DNA of 64,000 nucleotides. It comes from Flavobacteriales bacterium (GTDB taxonomy: Bacteria > Bacteroidota > Bacteroidia > Flavobacteriales_D > Sanyastnellaceae). Of the stretch, positions 1-9,475 are shown piece after piece. Numbering within the stretch: position 1 is the stretch's first letter; each line of letters begins with the position of its first letter. The DNA lies in assembly GCA_020437755.1 (NCBI GenBank), contig JAGQVX010000001.1, positions 12,009 through 76,008 on the forward strand, written 5' to 3'. Both the position numbers and the translations under genes were made by a program. Under the pieces are notes generated by a model. That model was not told the origin of the DNA. It saw nothing but the letters and a program-made list of their open reading frames with translations, and ran no database searches.

Positions 1-1256
1 AATAAGATGCCTACCGCTGCTGAAACAGCAAACGAAACCACAATGGATGAAACGGATATAATCGTAGTAATATCGGCTATAAGCTCAACGGCGTAGCTCA
101 GTCCCACGCCCAGAATAATGCCAATTACGCCGCCACTTACCGAGATAATAATAGCTTCCATGACAAACTGGTACCGGATGTCGCTTTGCGTTGCACCCAG
201 GGCCAGCCGGATTCCAATTTCGCGAATGCGCTCCATAACTCCCGCCAGCATAATGTTCATGATTCCAATGCCCCCTACCAGCAATGAAATGGCAGCAATG
301 GCAAGCAAAACCAAATTGAAGATCTTCTTGGTTTTTTCTTGACTCTTCAGCAGTAGCTCCGGAACTTCAATGCGGAAATCTTCCACCCCCTGATGCCGCT
401 GCAGCAACTTGGTTCGAATCACCTCCACCGATTTGGCCAATTGGTTGGATTCGTTCACCTGAACTACAATCTTCGAAAGCTGATGGGTGCTCTCTTCTTC
501 CTTCGGCGCCGCTTCCTCCTCGTCGGATTCCTCTTCCTGGAAGTCGCGCTTGGTAACCAATGCGTTGTTCTTGTACCGCAAAAGCAAGGTTTCCACCGGC
601 GTCATCACACTATTCGAAAAATTACTGATTCCCATCGCTCCCAACTCTCCCGAACTGCTGTGCGACGTGCTGAGAACATCGATGACCTTGAACCATACAT
701 GTCCGCACTTGATCCATTTCCCTATTGGATCACTGTGGGGAAACAAGCGGCTTTTCACCTCGTTTCCAATAATGCATACCGCCGATTTGCTGTCGATCAT
801 CTCCTGTGAAAACCTGCGATGATGCTCCGTTTCCAAATTGAAGAGGTTGAAATAGTCAGGACTCACACCCTTAATCTGGGTGCTTAACCATTTGCCTTGT
901 GCTGAAACACGTACATCAAAGGACGCTTCCGGACAAACCTTACGGGCGCTTGGCAGACTTTCCTCCAGACTATTAGCATCGAGCAGGCGCAAACCGGGGG
1001 AGAATTTAGTCTCGCCTTTGCCTTCCTCGGTATTGACTTCGCGTTCAATGGGAAGGATAATGATGTTGTTGGCACCCACCATCTCAATGAGTTCGAGCAC
1101 CTCCTTTCGCGCACCATTTCCAATAGCCATCATGCAAATGACTGCGGCTACGCCAAATATAATTCCCAACGCCGTAAGGAATGACCTCAATCCGTTGCCA
1201 CGCACTGCCTCCATGGCAATGTTGAAATTGTATAATTGGCGCTGGGTAACCTTCAT
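1..1256 (-). CDS. ABC transporter permease, MacB/FtsX family (C-terminus runs off the window start)
   Basis: Absent from the ORF track because it is open at the edge. My reverse-complement translation from the ATG at 1256 gives MKVTQRQLYNFNIAMEAVRGNGLRSFLTALGIIFGVAAVI...GGIGIMNIMLAGVMERIREIGIRLALGA. That is a MacB-type N-terminal TM helix, a periplasmic domain and an FtsX permease core. The start abuts the stop of the adaptor gene at 1257. Confidence 0.8.
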   Translation of the reverse strand, partial: MKVTQRQLYNFNIAMEAVRGNGLRSFLTALGIIFGVAAVICMMAIGNGARKEVLELIEMVGANNIIILPIEREVNTEEGKGETKFSPGLRLLDANSLEESLPSARKVCPEASFDVRVSAQGKWLSTQIKGVSPDYFNLFNLETEHHRRFSQEMIDSKSAVCIIGNEVKSRLFPHSDPIGKWIKCGHVWFKVIDVLSTSHSSSGELGAMGISNFSNSVMTPVETLLLRYKNNALVTKRDFQEEESDEEEAAPKEEESTHQLSKIVVQVNESNQLAKSVEVIRTKLLQRHQGVEDFRIEVPELLLKSQEKTKKIFNLVLLAIAAISLLVGGIGIMNIMLAGVMERIREIGIRLALGATQSDIRYQFVMEAIIISVSGGVIGIILGVGLSYAVELIADITTIISVSSIVVSFAVSAAVGIL

Positions 1257-2492
1257 TTAGTCCTCGTTGAGGTATTCGATGCTCAGCTTTTCGGCGTCAG
1301 AGGGTGAATTCAGCCATATTTCATCTCCCTCTTCAAGTCCTGACGTGATTTCGATGAAACTACCATCGTCCATGCCGGTTTTTACCTGGTGCTTCACAGG
1401 TCCGCCACCCATGAAGACAAAGGTGATGGAGTCGTTGCTGTGAACGGCCTCAATAGGGATATAAAGCACATCCTGGAGCGACTCAATTTGAATCAGGTTG
1501 CTGGAGGTCATGGCCGGCCGCAGGAGGGTGTCGGTATGAAGCAACTCAATGAGAACCTCAAATTCCTTGGCGTCACTGTTGGCGCGCTGTTCCCCAACAT
1601 TGGCTACTTCAATCACTTCACCTTCATATTCCCGGTCGGGAAAAGCGTCCATGGCCACTTTAACCTTTTGTCCCGACTTGATTTTACCAATGTCAATCTC
1701 ATTCACATAGGTGCGCGAAACGAGCGTGCTGAGATCGGGTAGGGTGGCCACAACGGGTTCCCACGCATGAACAGTGGCGCCTACTTTTTGCTTGGCACCA
1801 TTCCAAAGGCGATGGTAAATAACCATTCCATCATGCGGAGCGTTCACCACAAATTCGCTGATGAATTCTTCTAAAAATTCGAAGTTATTCAACGTTTGCT
1901 GATACGTTGCATTCACCTCACTCACCTTGGCACGTGCCTGCTTAACCTTGATTTCGTAGTTCTCCTTGGCTTGTTCATAGCCGCGTTGTGCCTTCTCCAA
2001 TTCAATCTCCGCGTCGCGAATTACCGCAGGGGGCTCGTAAGTCGACTGGTCGAGAGTAAGCTGCTTCTGCTCCAGCCCAAATTTCAGATTCACCAGATTG
2101 TCGCGTGCTTGTCGCAAGTCCAACGCAGTATCCAGTTTGGCCTGCGTAAGCTGTGCCTGAACTTTCTCGAGTTCCGTTTGTGATTCCTTCATTTTGGTGG
2201 CTACTTCGTTTCGGTCGAGTGTAGCAACATATTCCCCTTCTTTCACAAAGGTTCCTTCCGGCACCAAATCGGTGATTTTGACCTGCCATATACGCGCCTG
2301 GCGCATGCCTTCCGGACCCATAATCATGGTGGATTCTTTGGCCTCGATTTCGCCGGTTACGGCTACCACAATGTCAAGATCACCACGCTCTGCACGTGCC
2401 TTGATATCAACATCTCCTTCACTGCCACATGACATAAACAGCAGGGCAAGCAGCAGGTGGTAAGGGGAAAGAATAAGTCGGTTTGCAATCAT
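1257..2492 (-). CDS. HlyD-family efflux periplasmic adaptor (MacA-like) lipoprotein
   Basis: ORF 1257..2579. It has a long coiled-coil segment (EKVQAQLTQAKLD...IELEKAQRGYEQAKENYEIKVKQARAKV) flanked by beta-barrel segments. The start at 2492 (MIANRLILSPYHLLLALLFMSCGSE, lipobox) is preferred over 2579. It is contiguous with the permease gene. Confidence 0.85.
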   Translation of the reverse strand: MIANRLILSPYHLLLALLFMSCGSEGDVDIKARAERGDLDIVVAVTGEIEAKESTMIMGPEGMRQARIWQVKITDLVPEGTFVKEGEYVATLDRNEVATKMKESQTELEKVQAQLTQAKLDTALDLRQARDNLVNLKFGLEQKQLTLDQSTYEPPAVIRDAEIELEKAQRGYEQAKENYEIKVKQARAKVSEVNATYQQTLNNFEFLEEFISEFVVNAPHDGMVIYHRLWNGAKQKVGATVHAWEPVVATLPDLSTLVSRTYVNEIDIGKIKSGQKVKVAMDAFPDREYEGEVIEVANVGEQRANSDAKEFEVLIELLHTDTLLRPAMTSSNLIQIESLQDVLYIPIEAVHSNDSITFVFMGGGPVKHQVKTGMDDGSFIEITSGLEEGDEIWLNSPSDAEKLSIEYLNED

Positions 2493-2834
2493 TCTGTTGG
2501 ATTTGGCGCTGGGGGTTGAAAATATCCATAACCGCGCGGAACCGACAAATTTGTAACGTTTTTTGGGAAAAGCATCCATGATATTGACCTTATGTGCGAA
2601 GATGTGATAGGGGAATCACGTACGCCGTTTCACAAGCTAGTAGTTTTGAATGAAGGAACGTCGACCATAAGCCGGACGACTGGCACATCGCTATGCCTGT
2701 CCGTGTTAATCCTTTCAAAGTTTCCTTGGGCAGGTTCAGGCAAGTTCCATAGGTGCCTGTGACTCCTTCAAACAAGAATAGACGAACAACCAGAGATCCG
2801 TTGCAAAGTTGCTTGATTTCTTAAAGGTTGGTAA

Positions 2835-4058
2835 CTAGGCCACAAAAGTCAGCGCCTTTCCCACCTTCCCGGCTCGTCCGGTCCTTCCGATGCGGTGAAT
2901 ATAACTGTCCATCGAGGTGGGTGCCGTGTAGTTGATGACATGAGAAACGTCGGCAATGTCAATTCCCCGGGCAGCAACGTCGGTTGCAACCAATATTTGG
3001 ACGCGACCTTGCTCGAAATCTTTCAGCGCCTTGACACGTGCATTTTGACTTTTATTCCCATGAATAACAATCGACTTGATTCCTGCCTTGTTCAGTTTCT
3101 TACTCAATCGATCTACCCTATGCTTGGTTTCCTCGAATAGGATTACCTTGGTGAATTCGTCCTCTTTCATCAAGTTGCACAACACAAAAAATTTGTCCTG
3201 ACCTTCAGTTATTTTGATTACGTCTTGGTCAACGTTTGAAGAACTGCTTGTCCCACTACTTATCTGTACTGTGACATAATTCATCAGCAAATCTCTGATT
3301 AGTGATTCTTGTTTGAGATCCAACGTCGCAGAAAATAGCATAGTTTGTTTTCGGGAAGGCATTGCTTTCACAATGGTGTTCACGTCATGGATGAATCCCA
3401 TGTCCAGCATGCGGTCAAATTCATCCAAAACCAGGGTATGGACCTTTGAAAGATTGAGCGAACCTCGCGACATTAAATCAAGCAATCTTCCGGGAGTACC
3501 AATGATAATGTGGTTCTTCTTGCGAAGTTTTTGAAGATCCCGGTTTATGGGTGTGCCGCCAATAAAAGTGCTGCAATAAACACCCATCCCTTTCGAGAAG
3601 TCGTCACACTCTTTCTGCACTTGTATGGCGAGTTCGCGCGTGGGCACCAATACAAGGGCATAACCCGGCGACAAGTGGCTGCTCAGGTTTTCGAGTATCG
3701 GCAAGAGAAAAGCTCCTGTTTTACCGGTTCCGGTTTGGGCGATTCCCAGCAAGTCGTTCCCCTCGAGAATAGGTTCAATTGCCTTGTCCTGGATCTCCGT
3801 CGGTCGCTCAAAGCCCCTGGTTTTGAGGTTTCGCTGAATGGCAGTGCTCAACGGTAAATCCGAAAATGTACGTTTCGACTCGTAGGTCAGTTGAATGCTT
3901 CGCTTTGCCTTTTGAACAAAGTTTGAAGGGTCAATGGCTACTGATCCGGATTTTTTCGTTTTCGGCCCGGAAGGTCGGCGATTAGAAGGAGAATTCGATA
4001 TGGAAGTAGGTGTTCCTTTTTTACGGAATGAACCACTTCGTTGTGTTCTTGATTTCAT
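2835..4058 (-). CDS. DEAD-box ATP-dependent RNA helicase
   Basis: Motifs seen: Q-motif/PTEIQ, AQTGTGKT (motif I), DEFD (DEAD variant), SAT and HRIGRTGRAG (motif VI). The N-terminus has a basic Ser/Lys-rich extension. Confidence 0.9.
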   Translation of the reverse strand: MKSRTQRSGSFRKKGTPTSISNSPSNRRPSGPKTKKSGSVAIDPSNFVQKAKRSIQLTYESKRTFSDLPLSTAIQRNLKTRGFERPTEIQDKAIEPILEGNDLLGIAQTGTGKTGAFLLPILENLSSHLSPGYALVLVPTRELAIQVQKECDDFSKGMGVYCSTFIGGTPINRDLQKLRKKNHIIIGTPGRLLDLMSRGSLNLSKVHTLVLDEFDRMLDMGFIHDVNTIVKAMPSRKQTMLFSATLDLKQESLIRDLLMNYVTVQISSGTSSSSNVDQDVIKITEGQDKFFVLCNLMKEDEFTKVILFEETKHRVDRLSKKLNKAGIKSIVIHGNKSQNARVKALKDFEQGRVQILVATDVAARGIDIADVSHVINYTAPTSMDSYIHRIGRTGRAGKVGKALTFVA

Positions 4059-4122
4059 GATGTTTTGATTTTTTTTTCGAATGTGAGAACATCCGATTAC
4101 TTAATGGTTCGCCACAGGCGAA

Positions 4123-5217
4123 TTAATGACCTGGGCTATTCCCCAGTTTTTGCAACATTTTTCCATGTGCTACTATGGCAGAGACAAACGTAGGGTGATT
4201 GCGATAATTCAGACCAAACTGCGCCGAGGTTTGCTGTACAATGTCGGATATAGCCGGGTAATGAATGTGACTAATCGTTGGGAAAAGGTGATGCTCAATT
4301 TGATAATTGAGTCCACCAGCATACCAGGTTAATAACTTGTTTCCGTGGGCAAAATTGGCTGTGGTTTGAACCTGGTGTACTGCCCAGTTTCCACCTGTTT
4401 TTCCCTCTTCCGGAACCTCCGGATATTCAGCATCGGGGAGGATGTGGGCCGATTGAAAAATCAGCGCAAAAGTAAAGCCTACAACCATATGCATAAGCAC
4501 GAAGCCGCCAATAATGAGGTACGGAGACATCGAACTGAAAACCATGGGCAATACAATGATATAACCGATATAGAACAACTTCCAGGCGGTAATTTCCAAA
4601 AAGAGCTTGCGCAACTCAGGTCCCTTCTTTACCAATCCGATGGTCATATAGTGCCAGCCTCGCGCGTAATCCATGTAAATGACTCGAATGAGGGTTGTAA
4701 ACGGATACAGTAACCAGGCATAGATGTATTGATAACGGTGAACAGGTAAATACTCCTGGTGCGGAGAAAATCGAAGCAACGCGGGCCCACGGAGGTCATC
4801 GTCGGCACCCTCAACATTCGTGTAGGTATGATGCAGTACGTTGTGCTGCAGTTTCCAAACGCGTGAGCTTCCGCCAATAAAATCCATAATTCTGCCCATG
4901 ATTCGATTGAAGCGCGCAGAAGTAGACATTGCATCGTGGTTGGCATCATGCATTACCCCTAATGCCATTCCTGCCATTCCAATGCCCATGATCAACCACA
5001 TGGCCAGCACCATCGCCGTTCCCTCAACTACACCGAAAAGTAAAAGCAGGTAAGGAACTATAAATAGGGATAGCATAGCCATTGCCTTGACGATGATGGC
5101 GTTGCCCCCCTTTTTTGATAAATGCCTTTCGGTGAAATAGGCATTCACGCGGGCGTTGACTGTTTTGTGAAAATCCTGACCGGTAGAGCGATCAAACTTG
5201 AATTGGGAAAAATGCAT
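4123..5217 (-). CDS. Membrane fatty-acid desaturase, front-end-like histidine-box pattern
   Basis: Three His boxes are present: HDANHD, HNVLHH and QIEHHLFP. Gln replaces the first His of box 3, as in Delta6/front-end type desaturases. There are several TM helices and no fused cytochrome b5 domain. Confidence 0.8.
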   Translation of the reverse strand: MHFSQFKFDRSTGQDFHKTVNARVNAYFTERHLSKKGGNAIIVKAMAMLSLFIVPYLLLLFGVVEGTAMVLAMWLIMGIGMAGMALGVMHDANHDAMSTSARFNRIMGRIMDFIGGSSRVWKLQHNVLHHTYTNVEGADDDLRGPALLRFSPHQEYLPVHRYQYIYAWLLYPFTTLIRVIYMDYARGWHYMTIGLVKKGPELRKLFLEITAWKLFYIGYIIVLPMVFSSMSPYLIIGGFVLMHMVVGFTFALIFQSAHILPDAEYPEVPEEGKTGGNWAVHQVQTTANFAHGNKLLTWYAGGLNYQIEHHLFPTISHIHYPAISDIVQQTSAQFGLNYRNHPTFVSAIVAHGKMLQKLGNSPGH

Positions 5218-5713
5218 TTATTGGTTTTACAATGACTTCCTGAATTTATTCAAAAATATCACTTCGAATAGACTCTTTCTGCCCCTGCTGTCTATTTCGG
5301 GCATATAAGTGGAATATTGTAAAAGATAGATGTTCCTCTTTGAGAACGTGCTGCCTTGAAAAAAGCCACCTGCGGAATGAGGCAAAGATAGGACAATTAA
5401 ACCAATATCCTGCATTGTCCTCTTAATTCCAACCATGTAATTGGTGTGAATGATGCTGGACAGGACAACAGTTGTCGCTCAAATACCATGAGATTCAAGG
5501 TGGTTCAGAGGTTCTTGCCGCTCCAGAAACGACTTGCAGATCATGGTTGGACAATCGTCAGAAACACCATTTGGCGCATGCCACCTACTGATGCAATTCA
5601 CACACCCCAGTGCTTCAATCGTTAATAACTCACGGGGCCAATATTGAAATCCCAACGGAATTTTCGTAACTTGCTGATAGTCGGTATGTTCCGGCTCCCT
5701 AATCCACCTGGCC

Positions 5714-6091
5714 ATGCACTACAATCAAAATGAACTCGTGCTGCTCTACAACTCTGAGCGTGCTAAAGACCGGAAAACCCTGGCTTACGCGCTTACCGTG
5801 ACCAGTAAAATCAACCGACAAGATTTGAACGCTGTGCGCCTTTCCGACACCATGTTGGTGATGATGTTGGACCGACTCGGAATGGATTGCAAAAGCCTGC
5901 TCAACAAGGCCGATCCGTATTATCAAACGTATATTCGGGGAAAAGAAATGGAACCCGGCGATTGGTACTCCGTGGTGAAGCACCGCCCTTCGTTGCTCCG
6001 CGCTCCTGTGGCCCTCTACCGCGGAAAAGCGATTGTGTGTGAAACCCCAACCGACGTCTATAAAATTGCCGGAAATCCAGTGGTTATTTAA
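5714..6091 (+). CDS. ArsC/Spx-like thioredoxin-fold family protein (no N-terminal catalytic Cys)
   Basis: 125 aa. The overall pattern resembles the ArsC/Spx family (N-terminal beta-alpha unit LVLLYNSERAKDRKTLAYAL, C-terminal LLRAPVALYRGKAIVCETPTDV). The canonical CxxS/CxxC is absent. Confidence 0.5.
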   Translation: MHYNQNELVLLYNSERAKDRKTLAYALTVTSKINRQDLNAVRLSDTMLVMMLDRLGMDCKSLLNKADPYYQTYIRGKEMEPGDWYSVVKHRPSLLRAPVALYRGKAIVCETPTDVYKIAGNPVVI

Positions 6092-6179
6092 GAACTAGGA
6101 TATGTGGTAAGCTTGAAAAGCCACAACCTGCTAGTGTCTGCGAATTGCACCCTCGGATGAGAAGTGAATCAAAGGCTTG

Positions 6180-6680
6180 CTACCACTTCACCGTGTACTG
6201 TCCGGGGAAGTAAGGCTGGCGTAATAGCAATACCACAACATAAGCATCACCCTCTTTCAGCGCGCCAATTTCAATGGCCGGACGTTTATTTACTTCCGCA
6301 TAAACCTCCGAATTGAACTCAAAAGTGTATTTCAGATAGTCGAAATAATCTGCTCCGTATCCTTGTGTTTTCTTATAATCTCCCGGGGGAAGTGCGCCCT
6401 CAACCAAAACCGCCAGTTGTTCCTTGAGCTTTTTTGCCTCATCCCTTCCCGCCACACGATATTCAACCTTCCAACTGGTACTTCCTTGCTCCTTGTCTTC
6501 CACAATGGTGGTCTGCGTAGCACCGTTCAGCGCCGGAGCCTCGGCCTTTATATCAAAGCCTCCAATGGACTGCTCAAAGGCGGCTCGAAAATCTTGTTTG
6601 AACGCATTGTGTTCAATGGTTTGCGCTTGAAGCATGTTTCCCCATACCACGGCGCACAGCATACATAACATCCATCTCAT
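6180..6680 (-). CDS. Hypothetical secreted protein
   Basis: 166-aa ORF with a signal peptide (MRWMLCMLCAVVWGNMLQA/QTIEH). I recognise no family motif. Confidence 0.6.
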   Translation of the reverse strand: MRWMLCMLCAVVWGNMLQAQTIEHNAFKQDFRAAFEQSIGGFDIKAEAPALNGATQTTIVEDKEQGSTSWKVEYRVAGRDEAKKLKEQLAVLVEGALPPGDYKKTQGYGADYFDYLKYTFEFNSEVYAEVNKRPAIEIGALKEGDAYVVVLLLRQPYFPGQYTVKW

Positions 6681-7842
6681 GGCTGAAAATTACAGAATTC
6701 AGCGTCATAAAAGCACCATACCTGCGTTATTCCGTCACAAATTGCCGGGAAAATTGAATAGGAAAATAAGCATAGGAGTATTGATAGTGCTTTCCACTTC
6801 ATGGTTTATGATCGCTAGGAGTGCTCAGTTCAGGCATTCGCCAAATGCTCAACTGGTCACCTCCGTGCAAGTGCATTGCGACAAGAGCACTGTGAGCAGT
6901 CGATTTGATCCTCCGGCGGGTTTCGTTCGATTGCATGATGATAATGGTTCCAATGGACCGCTCACCTTTGTGGCGCATCTTCAGGAGCTTCGGCTCAAGC
7001 CATGCGATGCTCCGGTATTGCATTACGATGGAACCATAAAGTCGGCATGGGTTCATGAGGCCGTTATTGATTTGCCCATTGGCAAGCGCGACCTGCATCA
7101 ATGCGCCGATGCGGTTATGCGATTATGGGCGGAGTATTTGTATGCCGCCGGACGAGCGGATGAAATCGGATTTCACTTTACCAACGGCTTTTACGCTGAT
7201 TTTGCCACCTGGGCCAAAGGCAACCGCATTAAAGTGGAAGGAAATAAAGTAAAATGGATGCCTGGAGGTGCCCCCGGTGCGGGGAAAGAAACATTTTGGA
7301 AGTACCTCGAAACCCTATTCGCCTACGCCGGAACGCTTTCCTTATCCAAAGAACTCCACCCAACTTCCTGGGCCAACCTCAAATGCGGTGATGTGCTCAT
7401 CCACGGCGGAAGTCCCGGCCACGCAGTAATTGTTATCGACTGCGCAGTCAACCCAACCACCCGGCAGAAATGCTTCATGCTCGCCCAAAGCTACATGCCC
7501 GCCCAGGAGTTGCACATTCTAAAAAGTCCCAACTACCCATCCTCCTCTCCCTGGTACCTCCACGACCCAACGGCCAATACCCTCGACACCCCGCAATGGA
7601 GTTTCTCCACGGATGAGCTCATGAGTTTCACCCCAATTAAACCAACTTTCCCCCACGACGTTAATTTCCTCATTCCCCTTCATTTCCCTCGCACAGAATG
7701 CCCCCGGTCGTTGAGCGCAGCCGAAACGAGCACAATGTGTGGTGCAGCTTTTCCCGAGAATATGGCTTCGACTCCGCTCAGCCACCGGTTAGATTTGGAG
7801 GAAGCGGTAAGATTAAGAGGAGCCGGTAAATTTAGAACCTGA
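6679..7842 (+). CDS. DUF4846-like protein; 3' end extended through a palindromic repeat
   Basis: ORF 6634..7842. The core (DLHQCADAVMRLWAEYLY, GDVLIHGGSPGHAVIVID, MLAQSYMPAQELHIL) matches my memory of DUF4846. The start is uncertain: ATG 6634, ATG 6679, or TTG 6742/6754 ahead of the signal-like KISIGVLIVLSTSWFMIARSA/Q. The last ~46 codons (from 7704) are encoded by repeat copy A. Confidence 0.65.
   Translation: MAENYRIQRHKSTIPALFRHKLPGKLNRKISIGVLIVLSTSWFMIARSAQFRHSPNAQLVTSVQVHCDKSTVSSRFDPPAGFVRLHDDNGSNGPLTFVAHLQELRLKPCDAPVLHYDGTIKSAWVHEAVIDLPIGKRDLHQCADAVMRLWAEYLYAAGRADEIGFHFTNGFYADFATWAKGNRIKVEGNKVKWMPGGAPGAGKETFWKYLETLFAYAGTLSLSKELHPTSWANLKCGDVLIHGGSPGHAVIVIDCAVNPTTRQKCFMLAQSYMPAQELHILKSPNYPSSSPWYLHDPTANTLDTPQWSFSTDELMSFTPIKPTFPHDVNFLIPLHFPRTECPRSLSAAETSTMCGAAFPENMASTPLSHRLDLEEAVRLRGAGKFRT
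7704..7788. repeat. REP-like palindromic element, copy A
   Basis: The 85-bp unit is ccggtcgttgagcgcagccgaaac...cttcgactccgctcagccaccgg. The terminal arms are imperfect inverted repeats of each other. It is near-identical to copy B, which lies 171 bp downstream. Confidence 0.85.
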
Positions 7843-7874
7843 TAAAGAGGGGTACACCGGTGAATAAAGAATAA

Positions 7875-7981
7875 CCGGTCGTTGAGCGCAGCCGAAACGA
7901 GCATAATGTATGGTGTAGCCTTCTCCGAAAATTTGGCTTCGACTCCGCTCAGCCAGCGGCTAGAAGGAGGCATTTTGAATT
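7875..7981. repeat. REP-like palindromic element, copy B (with shared tail ...attttgaatt)
   Basis: The core 7875..7959 aligns with copy A with a few substitutions. The tail ggaggcattttgaatt is shared with copy C. The element ends 7 nt from the stop codon of the minus-strand gene 7988..9475. Confidence 0.85.
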
Positions 7982-7987
7982 TTCATG

Positions 7988-9475
7988 TTAATTCCAACTC
8001 ACCACAACCTTTTCGGTTGCCAGGATTTTTCCGCCATCAACCAGACTTACCAGGTAGGTGCCGCCGGCGATGTCGCCGAGGTCTATGGTGTGGCGACGCA
8101 TGCCTACTACGTTCTCATAGTAAAGCTGTATTCCGTTGAGGTCGGTTACTAACACAGCACCAGAGAAGGGATGTTGAACCCCCAGGTGAAAGTGGGCATC
8201 GTTGGGATTGGGAAATACCTTGAGGTCGAAATTCACTTGTTGCAAGACGCCAATCCCGGTGCCTGAGTCCGGAATGCTTTCAGGAGTACCCCATTGAACG
8301 CTATCGGGGTGGACGTACAGCTTGGCAATATTCTTGGGGTAGAGCGGTTCACCGTTGAGGGAGTCCATTGATGATCCTGCAACGTATAGTTCATCCTTGT
8401 AAATGACCATATCTTGTACGGCACTGATCATGTTTGAACTCGTTGCTCCAAATCGTGCCTCATGATGCCATTCATAGCCGTCATATCGAATTATATGACG
8501 ATAGCCATCAGCAGCAGTTCCATTGCCTACATACTCAAAGGCATACACCTGTCCTCGATAAAAAGCCACAGATGTAACAATGTGCCCATAGGTCAGTGGA
8601 TCATCCTGAAACATTTTGTGCCATTGGTTGCCATCGTACATGATCATGCCGCTGGTGAGTTCTCCGTCAATCCACATATACCCCCCCGTACAATACAACC
8701 TGTTATGTTCCTGATCAACGAATACATTGCCCACGTCTCCTTGAATATTTCCCGGGAATGCTGACCATACCCCATCCTCATAATAGACGACAGACGTACC
8801 AGAGCTGAACGTCCAATCGGTTTGAACGACTTGTTCAATAAAGCCAACAACCACAATTTTATCATCATACACCTCAGCTTTTGGAATGCCAACCCACACT
8901 CCTCCCACAAAATGCCACTCCCCATCGGGAGTCCATGCTGCTGTTTGGGGCAATTCATTGCCTTCAATCTCAAGCCCCGGAATGTGCCAAAGTTGTCCAA
9001 ATACAAACAAAGTGTCATGGTACACTACGGCGTCAGTTCCTTGATTGGAATTGCCCGCGTATAGATTGAACGGTTCATTGGTTTCGAGATCGATTCCTAT
9101 GATGATTTCCTCATTGTCGAAGATCATCTCACCTAAATCACCTGCAATAAAGATGGAGTTATTCCAATGCAATATCTCTCGGCATACTGGATTGTATAAG
9201 CCATTACCAATTAAGCCCGTAAATGCGTTAGAGAATGCAACAGAGTCCCAATACAGGAACCATTCACATGGACCTCCATCCAACTCATAAGAAAAAAAGT
9301 TATCCTCATCATCCCAAAGCACTGCGTTGATAAGTAACTTGTTGTCTACAACGCTCATATTTGGAATCTGCCTGATATCCAGTTGTTGTCCTGAGTCTAC
9401 ATTCGTCCACTGCCCTTGCAAAGACAACGGAAGTACGACCAGAATACTTAATACTTGACCAATTGACTTGAACAT
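7988..9475 (-). CDS. T9SS cargo protein, propeller-like body with type-A C-terminal sorting domain
   Basis: Signal peptide MFKSIGQVLSILVVLPLSLQG/QW. The body has repeated W/Y/G-rich beta-strand blocks, which looks Kelch/propeller-like. The last ~75 aa (KVFPNPNDAHFHLGV...GTYLVSLVDGGKILATEKVVVSWN) form a typical Por secretion tail. Confidence 0.8.
   Translation of the reverse strand: MFKSIGQVLSILVVLPLSLQGQWTNVDSGQQLDIRQIPNMSVVDNKLLINAVLWDDEDNFFSYELDGGPCEWFLYWDSVAFSNAFTGLIGNGLYNPVCREILHWNNSIFIAGDLGEMIFDNEEIIIGIDLETNEPFNLYAGNSNQGTDAVVYHDTLFVFGQLWHIPGLEIEGNELPQTAAWTPDGEWHFVGGVWVGIPKAEVYDDKIVVVGFIEQVVQTDWTFSSGTSVVYYEDGVWSAFPGNIQGDVGNVFVDQEHNRLYCTGGYMWIDGELTSGMIMYDGNQWHKMFQDDPLTYGHIVTSVAFYRGQVYAFEYVGNGTAADGYRHIIRYDGYEWHHEARFGATSSNMISAVQDMVIYKDELYVAGSSMDSLNGEPLYPKNIAKLYVHPDSVQWGTPESIPDSGTGIGVLQQVNFDLKVFPNPNDAHFHLGVQHPFSGAVLVTDLNGIQLYYENVVGMRRHTIDLGDIAGGTYLVSLVDGGKILATEKVVVSWN

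Noticed and set aside
5479-5715. The 78-aa ORF as a feature-level CDS call.
   Set aside because: No family was recognised and it overlaps the start of the divergent gene at 5714. The support is only an open frame and two Cys pairs, so it is mentioned as a low-interest finding instead.
7680-7973. A 97-aa minus-strand ORF (MPPSSRWLSGVEAKF...RWLSGVEAIF...).
   Set aside because: It is simply the translation of REP copies A and B. The internal duplication in the peptide mirrors the DNA repeat.
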